From the sequence record MZ576218: a DNA stretch of 44,540 bases; one strand, given 5' to 3'. The position numbers and the translations under genes were made by a program. How positions within the stretch are numbered: the first letter of the stretch is position 1; each line of letters begins with the position of its first letter. Shown one piece after another: positions 15,055 through 24,919 of this stretch. This DNA comes from Escherichia phage vB_EcoS-phiEc4. The notes under the pieces were generated by a model. That model searched no databases. It saw only the letters and a program-made list of their open reading frames with translations, and was not told the origin of the DNA.

Positions 15055-17386
15055 TGTAGCTAGTTTAGTAGTAAAAGTAACAGAGCAAGGCGCGAAAGCC
15101 ACATCAGACCGTCTTGACAACCTTTCAAAGTCCGCAAAAGTAGCGGGGGCCGCCGTAGCAGGCCTTGCTTCTATCGTAGCGGCTACCGCGTATAAAGCTG
15201 CCCAAGAACTGGTTGACTCACAGCGGCAACTGGACAAGATGTCCGCCAGTTTGAAGACCTTAACAGGAAGTACCCAAGGTGCTAAACAGGCGCTAAGTAT
15301 CCTGCAAGATTTTGCCCGCGATACCCCATACGGACTGGAGCAGGCGGTGGAAGGCTTCCGTAAGCTGGTGGCCCTTGGCCTTACCCCATCCGAGGAGGCG
15401 TTGCGGTCCTACGGCAATACCGCATCGGCTATGGGCAAGGACCTTAATCAGATGATTGAGGCGGTAGCCGACGCCAGTACGTTTGAGTTCGAACGCCTAA
15501 AAGAATTCGGCATCAAAGCCAAGCAGAACAAAAACGACGTAGAGTTTACATTCCAGGGGACAACAACCGTAGTTAAGAAAAGCGCTGCCGATATTGAGCA
15601 GTATTTACTTAATATTGGTAACGTAAATTTTGCCGGTGCCATGGCGGACCAGGCCAACACCCTTAATGGCGCTATCGCGAGCGCCAGTGACTCATGGTCG
15701 CAGCTAAAAATGACGCTTGCCACCAGTCTTGATGTTGGCGCACTTGCGGAACCTATCAGGTATATCGATGACTTGATCCAGGAATTAAACGCGTCTGTTG
15801 CTTCCGGTGAATTAGCCGCTGAAATGCAGATGTGGGGCGACATAGCGTCGGAAGTAGGAAGCGCTATCGAGATGTCATTCGACGCTGCGTTTGGCTTTGT
15901 TGGTGATGCCATCAACGGGCTTAATGAACTGTGGGATTTCAGCAGCAAGAGTATTACCGATAGCGGAGAACAAACGGCCACCACCATCGCTGAATCCGCC
16001 GCCGATGCTCTTGACTTCATCGCGGAAGAGTTCACCGCGATGGAGAGATTCTTTGAAGATATGGTTAAAGGTGCTCAGGACGCTGGCCGTCTTGTACGCG
16101 CCGCTTTTACCCCCGGGGAATCAGTAGACGTAGCTAAAAATATCAACTTCCAGCTTGGCATGGCTTTGGATACCCAGCGCGATGTCGCCGACGTTACGCG
16201 TAAAAGTTTCCGCGAACAGGTAGAAGCTCAACAGGATATTGTAGCGTTAAAACGCGCGGCGTATGACATCGATAAGGAGTCCGCAAAAGCTGAGGGGTTA
16301 AACAAATTTAAGGTAACCGGAACCGGCGGCGGTTCTGACGATGACGGGTCAGCCGCAAAAGCCGCTAAGAAAGCAGCGGACGCGTTCGAGCGCCAGAAAA
16401 AGGCGGCGGAAGACTTCTACTATCAGTCAATCCATCTTAATGATGACGTATTTCAGAAAATAGAAGCTAACCAGGAAGAGCAACTGTCTAAGTTGCAGGA
16501 TTTTTATAGCAATAAGCTTCTTAGCGACCAACAGTACGAAAACGCCAAGACGCAGATTATGCTCTCTGCCGAACAGGCCCGCCAGGAAGAACTGGACAAG
16601 AAAAGGAAAGAAGCCCAGGAGAAGCAGCAGAAAGGTGATGATTTCATGGCTCAGATTATGGGCCAGAACGCCACCGAGCTTGAGCTTCTGGATATTCAGG
16701 AACAGCAGAAACTGGCGGTAGCCGATAAGTACCGGGAACAAGGTCTGATTAGCGAGAAGCAGTATCAGGCCGCGCTTAACGCCATCAACGAGCAGTACGC
16801 AACCAAGCGTGCCGACGCAACGGCAACAGCTTTCGGTAACATGGCTTCAAACATCGGGTCTGCGTTGGGCGAGGCTTCTGGTGCGTACAAGGCATTCGCT
16901 ATCGTACAGGCCACTATAGCCACGTACACCGCAGCTATCGAGGCGTACAAGTCAACGGCTGCTATCCCTGTTGTTGGCCCGTTCCTGGCCCCTGTAGCCG
17001 CTGCCGCTGCCGTCGGGGCAGGTATGGCGCAGATTTCCGCTATCAGGTCAGCACGTGAACAGGGTGGACAGTTATCCGCCGGGCAGGCTTCCACCATCGC
17101 TGAACGCGGTAAACCCGAAGTTATCATGCCCGCTGGCGCATCGCGTGTGCGCACCGCGCAGCAGATGAAAGAAATTATGGGGCAAAACGGGTCTTCTTCC
17201 GGCCCATCTAATGTTACCATTGTAAATAATACATCGAGTCAGATTGGCAACGTATCCACCGAGCAGGATGATGAAGGCCGTCTGCGTATCATCATAGAAG
17301 AGCAAGTTGCTGCATCTTTGCAGAACAGCAACAGTAAGATTAGCAAGGCCCGCAAGGCCACAAGAAACGCGCCGGGGTTTAAATAA
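15047..17386 (+). CDS. tail tape measure protein
   Basis: 779 aa, Ala/Gln/Glu-rich coiled-coil-like sequence, downstream of chaperone pair. Confidence 0.8.
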   Translation: MADVASLVVKVTEQGAKATSDRLDNLSKSAKVAGAAVAGLASIVAATAYKAAQELVDSQRQLDKMSASLKTLTGSTQGAKQALSILQDFARDTPYGLEQAVEGFRKLVALGLTPSEEALRSYGNTASAMGKDLNQMIEAVADASTFEFERLKEFGIKAKQNKNDVEFTFQGTTTVVKKSAADIEQYLLNIGNVNFAGAMADQANTLNGAIASASDSWSQLKMTLATSLDVGALAEPIRYIDDLIQELNASVASGELAAEMQMWGDIASEVGSAIEMSFDAAFGFVGDAINGLNELWDFSSKSITDSGEQTATTIAESAADALDFIAEEFTAMERFFEDMVKGAQDAGRLVRAAFTPGESVDVAKNINFQLGMALDTQRDVADVTRKSFREQVEAQQDIVALKRAAYDIDKESAKAEGLNKFKVTGTGGGSDDDGSAAKAAKKAADAFERQKKAAEDFYYQSIHLNDDVFQKIEANQEEQLSKLQDFYSNKLLSDQQYENAKTQIMLSAEQARQEELDKKRKEAQEKQQKGDDFMAQIMGQNATELELLDIQEQQKLAVADKYREQGLISEKQYQAALNAINEQYATKRADATATAFGNMASNIGSALGEASGAYKAFAIVQATIATYTAAIEAYKSTAAIPVVGPFLAPVAAAAAVGAGMAQISAIRSAREQGGQLSAGQASTIAERGKPEVIMPAGASRVRTAQQMKEIMGQNGSSSGPSNVTIVNNTSSQIGNVSTEQDDEGRLRIIIEEQVAASLQNSNSKISKARKATRNAPGFK

Positions 17387-18804
17387 TGAGCGACTTATAC
17401 TTTCCACGTAGCCTTAAGCCGGTGGTATCAAAAGGCTACTCAATGACCAGACGTAACAACGTCTGGAGTGTAGATTTAGCCGGTGGCGGGGTGCGTCAGG
17501 GCCGTGACACGTATTACGACGTGTTCCCTGTTAGCGTAACCCTGATTACATCCGCAATGGGGCGGCAGGCGTTTCTGTCGTTCCTCGAGAAAGTCGATGG
17601 TGGCGCGTCAAGTTTCTGGATGGCGCACGACTTCGGCATGGGTATTGAGGATTATCAGGTAACCATCACGTCCACTATAGCGGAGTCCACCGAAGACGGG
17701 ATTAACTGGACAATTACCTTCACGGCAACCGCCGAGAAATCGCCGTTCCAGGACCTTGAGAACCAGTGTCTGATTAACAATCTGCCAGATTTGTATGGCT
17801 GTTATGGTGATTGCCTGGGCAGTTTCCTGAAAATATACGCGAACTATGAAACGACGTTCCCGCGTATCTGGAGTGACGAAGGCCCCGCCGGTTATCCGCC
17901 GATTAACCTTCTGGCGTCCGCGCTGGATAGCCGCATTGTTTATGAGGGGCCACAGGTTTACTACATCAACCGAAATGGCAATCTTGTGCGGTCAGCCGCC
18001 AATGAATGGCCTCTTACGTTTATCGATGGGGTTGCGGTTGGGCGTGTGCCGCCAGAAGGCGGTTCTATTAACTACCAGATAGGTGGATTAGGTATTGGGT
18101 GGGTAAGTAGTTTCAACCGTATACCCCTAACATCAACAGAGGACAGTGTATACCAAGGCAACCTGGCAGGCGCAGTCACCCCAACAACAGAAAATAACAG
18201 CCATTTCTTGTATGCCAAATCGCTAGGGGATTCAGTAATAGATGTTGGGGAAACATATACTGCTACGGTAATTCTTAAGGCGAATGGTGTCCAGTTTATT
18301 CAGGTTTATTGGAACGCAGGTAGCACAGGGATTTCATCGCGCTACTCTAACTTCGACCTTATTAATAAAGCTGTATCAGGCACGGCGACATCGGCTTTCA
18401 TAACTGAAATATCCGATGGGTGGGTTCTATGCTCAACTACCACAATCGCGACGGGGGACGGTTCTTCGCTATCCTCCATATCGGTGGCAAGCATACCGTC
18501 TATGGCGTCTACCAGACTCCCGTCTTACGCATCGGATGGAGAATCTTCTTTTTCAGTTGCGTCCGCTCAGGTTGAAAAAAACCCATTCGCCACGTCACCA
18601 ATAGTAACTGACGCATCACCATCCGCACGCCAAACGGCGTCAGCAAAGGTAGTAATGAGCGGAGCCGCAAGTATTGACATCACCTATTCCGACGGCACTG
18701 TGGTAAACGTTCCGTCTGTAGATGATTACGCGACTATCCCTCAGGCCGATTCTGCGTGGGGTAGTAAATATATCACTCGTATTGATTTTAATGTGGACGG
18801 TTAA
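17386..18804 (+). CDS. distal tail / minor tail protein
   Basis: 472 aa directly after tape measure (ATGA overlap). Confidence 0.5.
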   Translation: MSDLYFPRSLKPVVSKGYSMTRRNNVWSVDLAGGGVRQGRDTYYDVFPVSVTLITSAMGRQAFLSFLEKVDGGASSFWMAHDFGMGIEDYQVTITSTIAESTEDGINWTITFTATAEKSPFQDLENQCLINNLPDLYGCYGDCLGSFLKIYANYETTFPRIWSDEGPAGYPPINLLASALDSRIVYEGPQVYYINRNGNLVRSAANEWPLTFIDGVAVGRVPPEGGSINYQIGGLGIGWVSSFNRIPLTSTEDSVYQGNLAGAVTPTTENNSHFLYAKSLGDSVIDVGETYTATVILKANGVQFIQVYWNAGSTGISSRYSNFDLINKAVSGTATSAFITEISDGWVLCSTTTIATGDGSSLSSISVASIPSMASTRLPSYASDGESSFSVASAQVEKNPFATSPIVTDASPSARQTASAKVVMSGAASIDITYSDGTVVNVPSVDDYATIPQADSAWGSKYITRIDFNVDG

Positions 18805-18807
18805 CTT

Positions 18808-19323
18808 ATGAGTCAGGAATCAGTAGAAGCAGCCTACCGCCGTAAGCTGGCCTCAAACCCCGACGGCGAGATTGACTACACGACGCTGGAGATAGTGCAT
18901 CCGCTTCTTTCGAAGCGGTATTTACTTGTGCGCGGGCTACAGGAACTTACGGCAACACTGGAGACAGGCGAAACTATCACATTCGAACCTACCCCGATGG
19001 AGGCGTCGGGGGCGGCTAACAACAGTGATATGGACCAGACGACAACATTCACTCTGCCGGATATTCTCAATCAACTGGATGATGAGATGGATAAAATCCC
19101 GATGAGTAATACCGAGTTACCGAAGTTCATATTCCGCCGTTACGTCAGCACTGACCTGTCTTACCCGGCTGACGGCCCTGTCGTGTACGAGTTACAGGCC
19201 ATTAATCAGGAGAAGGGCGAGTTCTCCGCAGATGTCGGTACACCTATGCTGAACCAACGAAGCACTGGTATACTGATGACACCTAAAGAGATACCGTTAT
19301 TACGCGGCCTGTTGACCACATGA
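18808..19323 (+). CDS. minor tail protein
   Basis: 171 aa between distal tail protein and K-like gene. Confidence 0.45.
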   Translation: MSQESVEAAYRRKLASNPDGEIDYTTLEIVHPLLSKRYLLVRGLQELTATLETGETITFEPTPMEASGAANNSDMDQTTTFTLPDILNQLDDEMDKIPMSNTELPKFIFRRYVSTDLSYPADGPVVYELQAINQEKGEFSADVGTPMLNQRSTGILMTPKEIPLLRGLLTT

Positions 19324-19685
19324 ATATTAACGACTACACGGGAATACCTTACGACTTTCGCAAACGCAATTGCTGGCATCACGTTCGCATTGTACGGGCC
19401 GATGCCGGGTTAGAAACCCCGGCGTTCGACGTTACAAGCCCAACGGCGATTAACGAAGCGTTCGACGAAGGCCATCGTGACACGAAGGGGCTTACGAAGA
19501 TTGATAAGCCTGAAAACTTCTGTGCGGTGCTTATGGGGTATCGCCGTGGCGGTCGTATCGTGTGGCACGCGGGAGTTTACTTCGACGGGATGGTGAGTCA
19601 TTGCGAGCTTGCGTCCCGTCAGGTACGACTTGACCGGCTGGCGGACCTCAGAGACACGTACACGGAGATTGAATTTTGGCGATAA
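19320..19685 (+). CDS. tail assembly protein, NlpC/P60-like (lambda K-like)
   Basis: 121 aa with Cys (NCWHH) and downstream His consistent with a Cys-His peptidase fold; position before J-like gene. Confidence 0.4.
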   Translation: MNINDYTGIPYDFRKRNCWHHVRIVRADAGLETPAFDVTSPTAINEAFDEGHRDTKGLTKIDKPENFCAVLMGYRRGGRIVWHAGVYFDGMVSHCELASRQVRLDRLADLRDTYTEIEFWR

Positions 19686-22243
19686 TCCTGCACTACACGC
19701 GAAATGCCGACGGGGCTTTCGACCGTACAAAACACGTCGGGATGCCGATGGAGTTTGTCGTTAACCGTATCCCGGACGGCGTTCCGGTACGCGTCTATCT
19801 TGGCGAGATTGGTGATGATACTGATGTTACAGACGACTTCGACGCGCTCAAAGACGAGGACGCCGTGTACCACATTATTGAGGGCGCTGGCGGCGGCATT
19901 GGCGACGCCATCGGGAGTGTATTCAGTTTCATCCTTAAGCCAATCGCCAAATTGTTCGGGCTAAACACAGCGGCTAACGCTAATTATTCCGCTACCAACA
20001 ATCAGGCTACGTCGCCTAACAACAGTCTCACCGACCGCTCAAACAAGCCACGACCTTATGAGCGTTCCTATGATATCTGCGGGACAGTGCAGACCATCCC
20101 CAATGACCTGATGCAGACATATAAGGTGTTTAATGCCTCTGGGGTACTTATTGAATATGCGTACTATGACGCCGGTCGAGGGTATCTGCATATTGAGGAA
20201 GACGGTGTAACTGAGGCAGATACCCGAATCAGCGAGATAACTGGCTCGTCGGTGGCGGTGTATTCCCCTTACACTTCGCCGAATAACACCAACGCCCCAC
20301 AATTGCATATTGGCGACCCGATAGACCAGAAATTGTACGTTACATTTAAAAACGCCGATGTCGATGGCGCTGTTCTTCCCGCCCCTAATGATATCGCTAT
20401 AGACGTGCAGGACTACACTGTCCAGCGGCAGGGAACAACCGGCGTTGTAGTAGGCGATGACGCTGGTTTCGATGAGTTTTTGGCGGTCGGGGACCTGGCA
20501 TACTTCGATAACGTATATGCGGATACAACCCCAGGGTCTTTGGGTAATGAGGTTAACCTGGACGGGAGGTACACGGTTCTTTCTGTTAGTGAAACGACCC
20601 TTATTGTGGACGTCAGTACAAATCAATCAATATGGAACCAGCTAGGGTCATCGGTGTGGTTTATAGGTGAAGAGGGTAACCATCTCATAGGTCCGGCGGA
20701 CACTTACGCGGCTTCCCTCTCTGAATGGGCGTACATCACCCGCGGTACGGTCAACCGTGTTGTAGCCAATGTCGCCGCCAGCAACGGCATGTATAAATAT
20801 AACGGCGATTATAACCGTGCCTCCGTTACGGTGGAACTGCAATACCAGATGGTGGACGAATTGAAACAGCCCGTTGGTGGCATATTCACCGTGCAAGGCA
20901 CTGTTACAGGGAGAAACACCGATTACACTGGTATTACCCTATACGGAAGCTTGCCTACCGCTTCCAGATTCCGCGCCCGTATGCGCCGTGTTTCCGATAC
21001 TGATAAAGATTTTGAGGGTACTGTTAGCGACGAGGTTACTTTCACTAATCTGTACGGGCAGTCACTGGATACAACCCCGCACTACGGCAACCGCACTACT
21101 GTACACTGCGCTCGTAAACAAACCCCACGTGCCGCCGAGGTGTCAGAACCGGAACTGCGCATGATTGCTACCGAGATGTGCTACAAATACTTAGGTAACG
21201 GCGTATTCGATACGGTAATGACACCGAACACTCAGGCCGTGCAGTCGCTAATCAGGCTGGCGCGTGACCCTGTGGTGGGTAATCTGGAACTGACAACGGC
21301 AAATATGGACAAGTTACTTGCCGTGCAGGAAGAAATTGAGTCGTATTTTGGCAGTGAATTAGCCGGGCAGTTCTGCTACACGTTCGACGACTACGACACC
21401 ACGATGCAGGACATCGTTCAGACCATCGCGGAAGCCGTTTTCTGTACTGCGTACCGTAAAGGTGCGGATATTATGCTGCGATTTGATCGTCCGGTTGCGG
21501 GGCCCGAAATGGTGTTCACCCACCGCAGCAAAACTACTGGTACAGAGAAATGGACGCGCACGTTCAACGATTCGACAACCTATGATAGCCTGTCGTTCTC
21601 ATACATCGACCCGGATACTAACGTACAGGAAACGATTTATATCCCGGAAGAACTCGGAGCAAACACCGAGGAATATGAATCGAAGGGCGTACGTAACTAT
21701 CAGCAGGCATATTGGCTGGCGTGGCGTCGCTACCAGCGCAACGCGTTAAGTAAAGTTGTCGTAGAGTTCGAAGCTACCGAAGAGGGTGCACTCGCTACAC
21801 CGGGTGGTGTAATCAGCGTGGTTAAAGGTTCACGTATCGCGCCTCAGGATGGTTATGTTGTTGCCGTTAATGGGCTTACGCTGACACTGTCGCAACCTGT
21901 TACGTTTACCCCCGGCGATGACCACTCCATCATCCTCAAGAAGCGCGATGGCTCCGTGCAGAGTATTTCTGTTATCAAAGGAAGCCACGACCGCGAGGTG
22001 ATTATGCTCTCCGCGCCGGAGGAGGCAATCTACACGGGGAATAGCGCACTAAAAACTGAGTTTTCATTCGGCAACGAAGCAAGGCATAATGCTCAGAAGA
22101 TAGTTGTTTCTTCAATCGACCCCGGCGACGACCGCACGGTCAAGATTACTGGTTACAACTATGACGACGGATTCTATAAATACGACGGCGTCGCGCAACA
22201 CGGCAGCAGCTTCTCCGACGGATTCAGCAATGGTTTTAATTAA
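19676..22243 (+). CDS. tail tip / central fiber protein (J-like host specificity protein)
   Basis: 855 aa; track start is TTG at 19676, first ATG at 19742; largest tail gene after tape measure. Confidence 0.65.
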   Translation: MAIILHYTRNADGAFDRTKHVGMPMEFVVNRIPDGVPVRVYLGEIGDDTDVTDDFDALKDEDAVYHIIEGAGGGIGDAIGSVFSFILKPIAKLFGLNTAANANYSATNNQATSPNNSLTDRSNKPRPYERSYDICGTVQTIPNDLMQTYKVFNASGVLIEYAYYDAGRGYLHIEEDGVTEADTRISEITGSSVAVYSPYTSPNNTNAPQLHIGDPIDQKLYVTFKNADVDGAVLPAPNDIAIDVQDYTVQRQGTTGVVVGDDAGFDEFLAVGDLAYFDNVYADTTPGSLGNEVNLDGRYTVLSVSETTLIVDVSTNQSIWNQLGSSVWFIGEEGNHLIGPADTYAASLSEWAYITRGTVNRVVANVAASNGMYKYNGDYNRASVTVELQYQMVDELKQPVGGIFTVQGTVTGRNTDYTGITLYGSLPTASRFRARMRRVSDTDKDFEGTVSDEVTFTNLYGQSLDTTPHYGNRTTVHCARKQTPRAAEVSEPELRMIATEMCYKYLGNGVFDTVMTPNTQAVQSLIRLARDPVVGNLELTTANMDKLLAVQEEIESYFGSELAGQFCYTFDDYDTTMQDIVQTIAEAVFCTAYRKGADIMLRFDRPVAGPEMVFTHRSKTTGTEKWTRTFNDSTTYDSLSFSYIDPDTNVQETIYIPEELGANTEEYESKGVRNYQQAYWLAWRRYQRNALSKVVVEFEATEEGALATPGGVISVVKGSRIAPQDGYVVAVNGLTLTLSQPVTFTPGDDHSIILKKRDGSVQSISVIKGSHDREVIMLSAPEEAIYTGNSALKTEFSFGNEARHNAQKIVVSSIDPGDDRTVKITGYNYDDGFYKYDGVAQHGSSFSDGFSNGFN

Positions 22244-22255
22244 AGAGGACTCTAT

Positions 22256-24241
22256 ATGTCAAGCGGATGCGGTGACGTTTTAAGCCTGGCGGATTTACAG
22301 ACCGCCAAGAAACATCAGATTTTCGAGGCCGAGGTTATCACTGGCAAATCCGGCGGTGTAGCTACGGGTGCAGACATTGATTACGCAACAAATCAGGTTA
22401 CCGGGCAGACGCAGAAGACGCTTCCTGCCGTGTTGCGCGACGCGGGTTTTTCTCCGGTGTCATGGGATTTCTCCACAGGCGGCACGTTAACCGTTAACGA
22501 CCGGGACAAGGTGGTGTATGACCCTGTTAGCGAAACATGGTACTCGTACGCAGGTACGTTACCAGTTGTTGTCCCTGCATCGTTTAATCCAGTCGGTAAC
22601 GCTAACTGGAAGCCGCAGACAGACCCAAATTTGCGTAATGATTTGGCGTCAAGTACCGCCGGTTTGGGGGCTTCACTGGTGTCTTTTTCCAACGGTAACA
22701 CCGTTGAAACATTATCTGACGCGGACGGTGCCAAGAACATAGGCAGCGGCGAAAGGAGTTTGCTTGCACGTAACAATGATATTAAGCATTCAGGAGACTT
22801 CTCTACCCTGCAAGCTGCAGTAGATGCATCGTTACCGAAAAATGACTTACTTATTTCCCCTGGTGAATATACTGAAAAAGTTACTATTGGTAGCGCACAG
22901 TTAAAAGGCGTTGGTGGGGCTGTAGTACTAAAAACACCAGCAGACTTTACAAACACTGTTCAGGTTAATTTATCGACGCCTCATTGGCAATTCCGCCATA
23001 GTGGCGGTTTTGCTATAGATGGTTCTGGTACAACCGGGGCCGTAGGTATTAGTTTTGACCCGTCAGACCAATATTCCGGACGTCATAATTTTAGTGATTT
23101 ATACATACACAACATCAACAAGGCAATTCAGAAGCCTTCCGGGAACATCGGTAATACATGGAGAAATATTGGGGTATCTACGTGTGATTGGGGGTATTAC
23201 GCGATTAGTGGCTCAGAGATGCATTGCGGGGCCGATACCCTCTACAATATCCACTTCGACGGCATCTCCACCTATGCCGTCTACCTAAACGGCACTGCCG
23301 ATAACGGCGGGATAGGCGGATGGTGGCTTAAAGACTCCATTATTGAGGCTTCCGGAGGTGGCGGGATATATTTAAAAAGCAAATCAGGTGACTGCCCTAC
23401 ATCTCCATGCGGGGTATCCAATGTATGGACGGAAGCGATTGCAACATCATCGGCTGTTCAGGTAGACGGCGTGGCGCAAAAACCGCGAGTTCTCAAGTTG
23501 GTAGACACTGCGATATTCTTTGCTGAGTATTCTTATCTCAACAACATCGAGCTATCCAACTCCAACTTAGTAACTTATGGTTGCCGTTTTGACAACGCTG
23601 ATGGTAATCAGGATATTGTAGTGGATGCACAAAGCACCATTGTAGCCCACGATGTGTATTTAAACGGCAGTTCTGGAAAGGACGTTATTGTAGAGTCTGT
23701 CGCGTCGCAATCCGCAACGGTAGCCACTACAAACTTGTCTCTGCGAGGAAATTTAACAAGGGGACGAGTGTTTAATACGCCGACGGGGAATAAGTTAAAA
23801 GCTATCACATTTGACTCAGGTAGCCATAATTTTTCTGGTAGCGGTACCGTTAACGGTTCGACTGTATCTGACGGACTTCACGCCGCTACATGTACCGAAT
23901 TTTCATTCCCTGGGTCCGGTTTATATGAAATGGTAGCGTCAAGAACGACACTTACATCCGGTAGATGGTACGTGTGGGGCGTCAACTCTCGCCTCCAATC
24001 AGGAACAGCAGATGTGAGTATAACGTCAGGTATTACTATGGGTAGCGTTTATACTAAGTCTGGTGAGTGGATTAGCACATTTGGGGTGGGTAAAGCTTCC
24101 GCTAACGGTACTGTAAGTCTGTACGTCTCTACTGCGGGAGGTTCAGGTGCTGTTATCAGATTTAGCGACTTCTTCATCGCTGAGTTTACGACGCAGGCTC
24201 AGGCTTTAGCTTTCGCTAACTCCCGAATGTCGTTGGCTTAA
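22256..24241 (+). CDS. tailspike protein (beta-helix depolymerase-like)
   Basis: 661 aa; N-terminal particle-binding-like domain; Gly/Asn/Ser/Thr-rich repetitive C-terminal region typical of right-handed beta-helix tailspikes; last gene of structural block. Confidence 0.65.
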   Translation: MSSGCGDVLSLADLQTAKKHQIFEAEVITGKSGGVATGADIDYATNQVTGQTQKTLPAVLRDAGFSPVSWDFSTGGTLTVNDRDKVVYDPVSETWYSYAGTLPVVVPASFNPVGNANWKPQTDPNLRNDLASSTAGLGASLVSFSNGNTVETLSDADGAKNIGSGERSLLARNNDIKHSGDFSTLQAAVDASLPKNDLLISPGEYTEKVTIGSAQLKGVGGAVVLKTPADFTNTVQVNLSTPHWQFRHSGGFAIDGSGTTGAVGISFDPSDQYSGRHNFSDLYIHNINKAIQKPSGNIGNTWRNIGVSTCDWGYYAISGSEMHCGADTLYNIHFDGISTYAVYLNGTADNGGIGGWWLKDSIIEASGGGGIYLKSKSGDCPTSPCGVSNVWTEAIATSSAVQVDGVAQKPRVLKLVDTAIFFAEYSYLNNIELSNSNLVTYGCRFDNADGNQDIVVDAQSTIVAHDVYLNGSSGKDVIVESVASQSATVATTNLSLRGNLTRGRVFNTPTGNKLKAITFDSGSHNFSGSGTVNGSTVSDGLHAATCTEFSFPGSGLYEMVASRTTLTSGRWYVWGVNSRLQSGTADVSITSGITMGSVYTKSGEWISTFGVGKASANGTVSLYVSTAGGSGAVIRFSDFFIAEFTTQAQALAFANSRMSLA

Positions 24242-24246
24242 AACTA

Positions 24247-24270
24247 AGGCCCCAAACGGGGCCTTTTCTC
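24247..24270. terminator. bidirectional rho-independent terminator
   Basis: AGGCCCC-AAAC-GGGGCCT followed by TTTTCTC; between convergent tailspike (+) and minus-strand genes. Confidence 0.75.
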
Positions 24271-24407
24271 TACTCTTCTGATAACTTCTCCAGCACAAAC
24301 GCCAGTTGCGCATTAGCGGCGTCTCTTTGTTGCCGTAGTCGCAGAACCTCTTCTTCGAGTTCCTTGATACGTTTTTGCAATGCCGGAATTGGGGCTATGA
24401 TGTTCAT
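24270..24407 (-). CDS. 45-aa coiled-coil protein
   Basis: not in ORF track; MNIIAPIPALQKRIKELEEEVLRLRQQRDAANAQLAFVLEKLSEE; ATGA overlap with stop of Toprim gene. Confidence 0.4.
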   Translation of the reverse strand: MNIIAPIPALQKRIKELEEEVLRLRQQRDAANAQLAFVLEKLSEE

Positions 24408-24919
24408 CTGGTAAATTTCCTCGCAAGATACGTTATTTCTTCTTCACAAAGTTCATCAAGGTCGTTAGATACAAATCCTCTGGTGAATGTTTTGCTGAAC
24501 TTTAATCCAGCTTTATCATTGTCGCCAGCGCACACCCAGTCATACGGCAAAAGTGACATTTGCTGCCGTAAGTCAGCTGGTATGTTCGACCCCAATGCGC
24601 TAACTGCATTAAACCCGCAATTCATCAAAGCAACAGCTTTAAATATGCTTTCGGTAACAAATACCACCCCGCTACTTGGCAAATACTCAAGTCCCCATAA
24701 ACACGGCCTTGTTGTTCGGGTAAAGTACCGCGCGTCTTTAGGGTTTTTACAGTTCTTTTCAGCATGCGGCTTGTAATGCTGGTATCCTCGTAGCCTGCCG
24801 TCAAAACCCCACAAGTAGAATGTAGCAACGCCAGGGGCTAAGACTACCTGGAGACGGTCTGCGTCAAAACCTCGTGACAGCAGATGCGCCTTAAGTAGAA
24901 ACTCTTCGAAATCCATCAT
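24404..24919 (-). CDS. Toprim-domain protein (DnaG-like catalytic core)
   Basis: 171 aa; conserved Glu in VTESIF and DxD in CAGDNDKAG in Toprim order. Confidence 0.55.
   Translation of the reverse strand: MMDFEEFLLKAHLLSRGFDADRLQVVLAPGVATFYLWGFDGRLRGYQHYKPHAEKNCKNPKDARYFTRTTRPCLWGLEYLPSSGVVFVTESIFKAVALMNCGFNAVSALGSNIPADLRQQMSLLPYDWVCAGDNDKAGLKFSKTFTRGFVSNDLDELCEEEITYLARKFTR

Noticed and set aside
15448-17407. Several minus-strand ORFs (15448..16035, 16427..16741, 16765..17220, 17072..17407)
   Set aside because: All are antisense within the tape measure gene and lack RBS.
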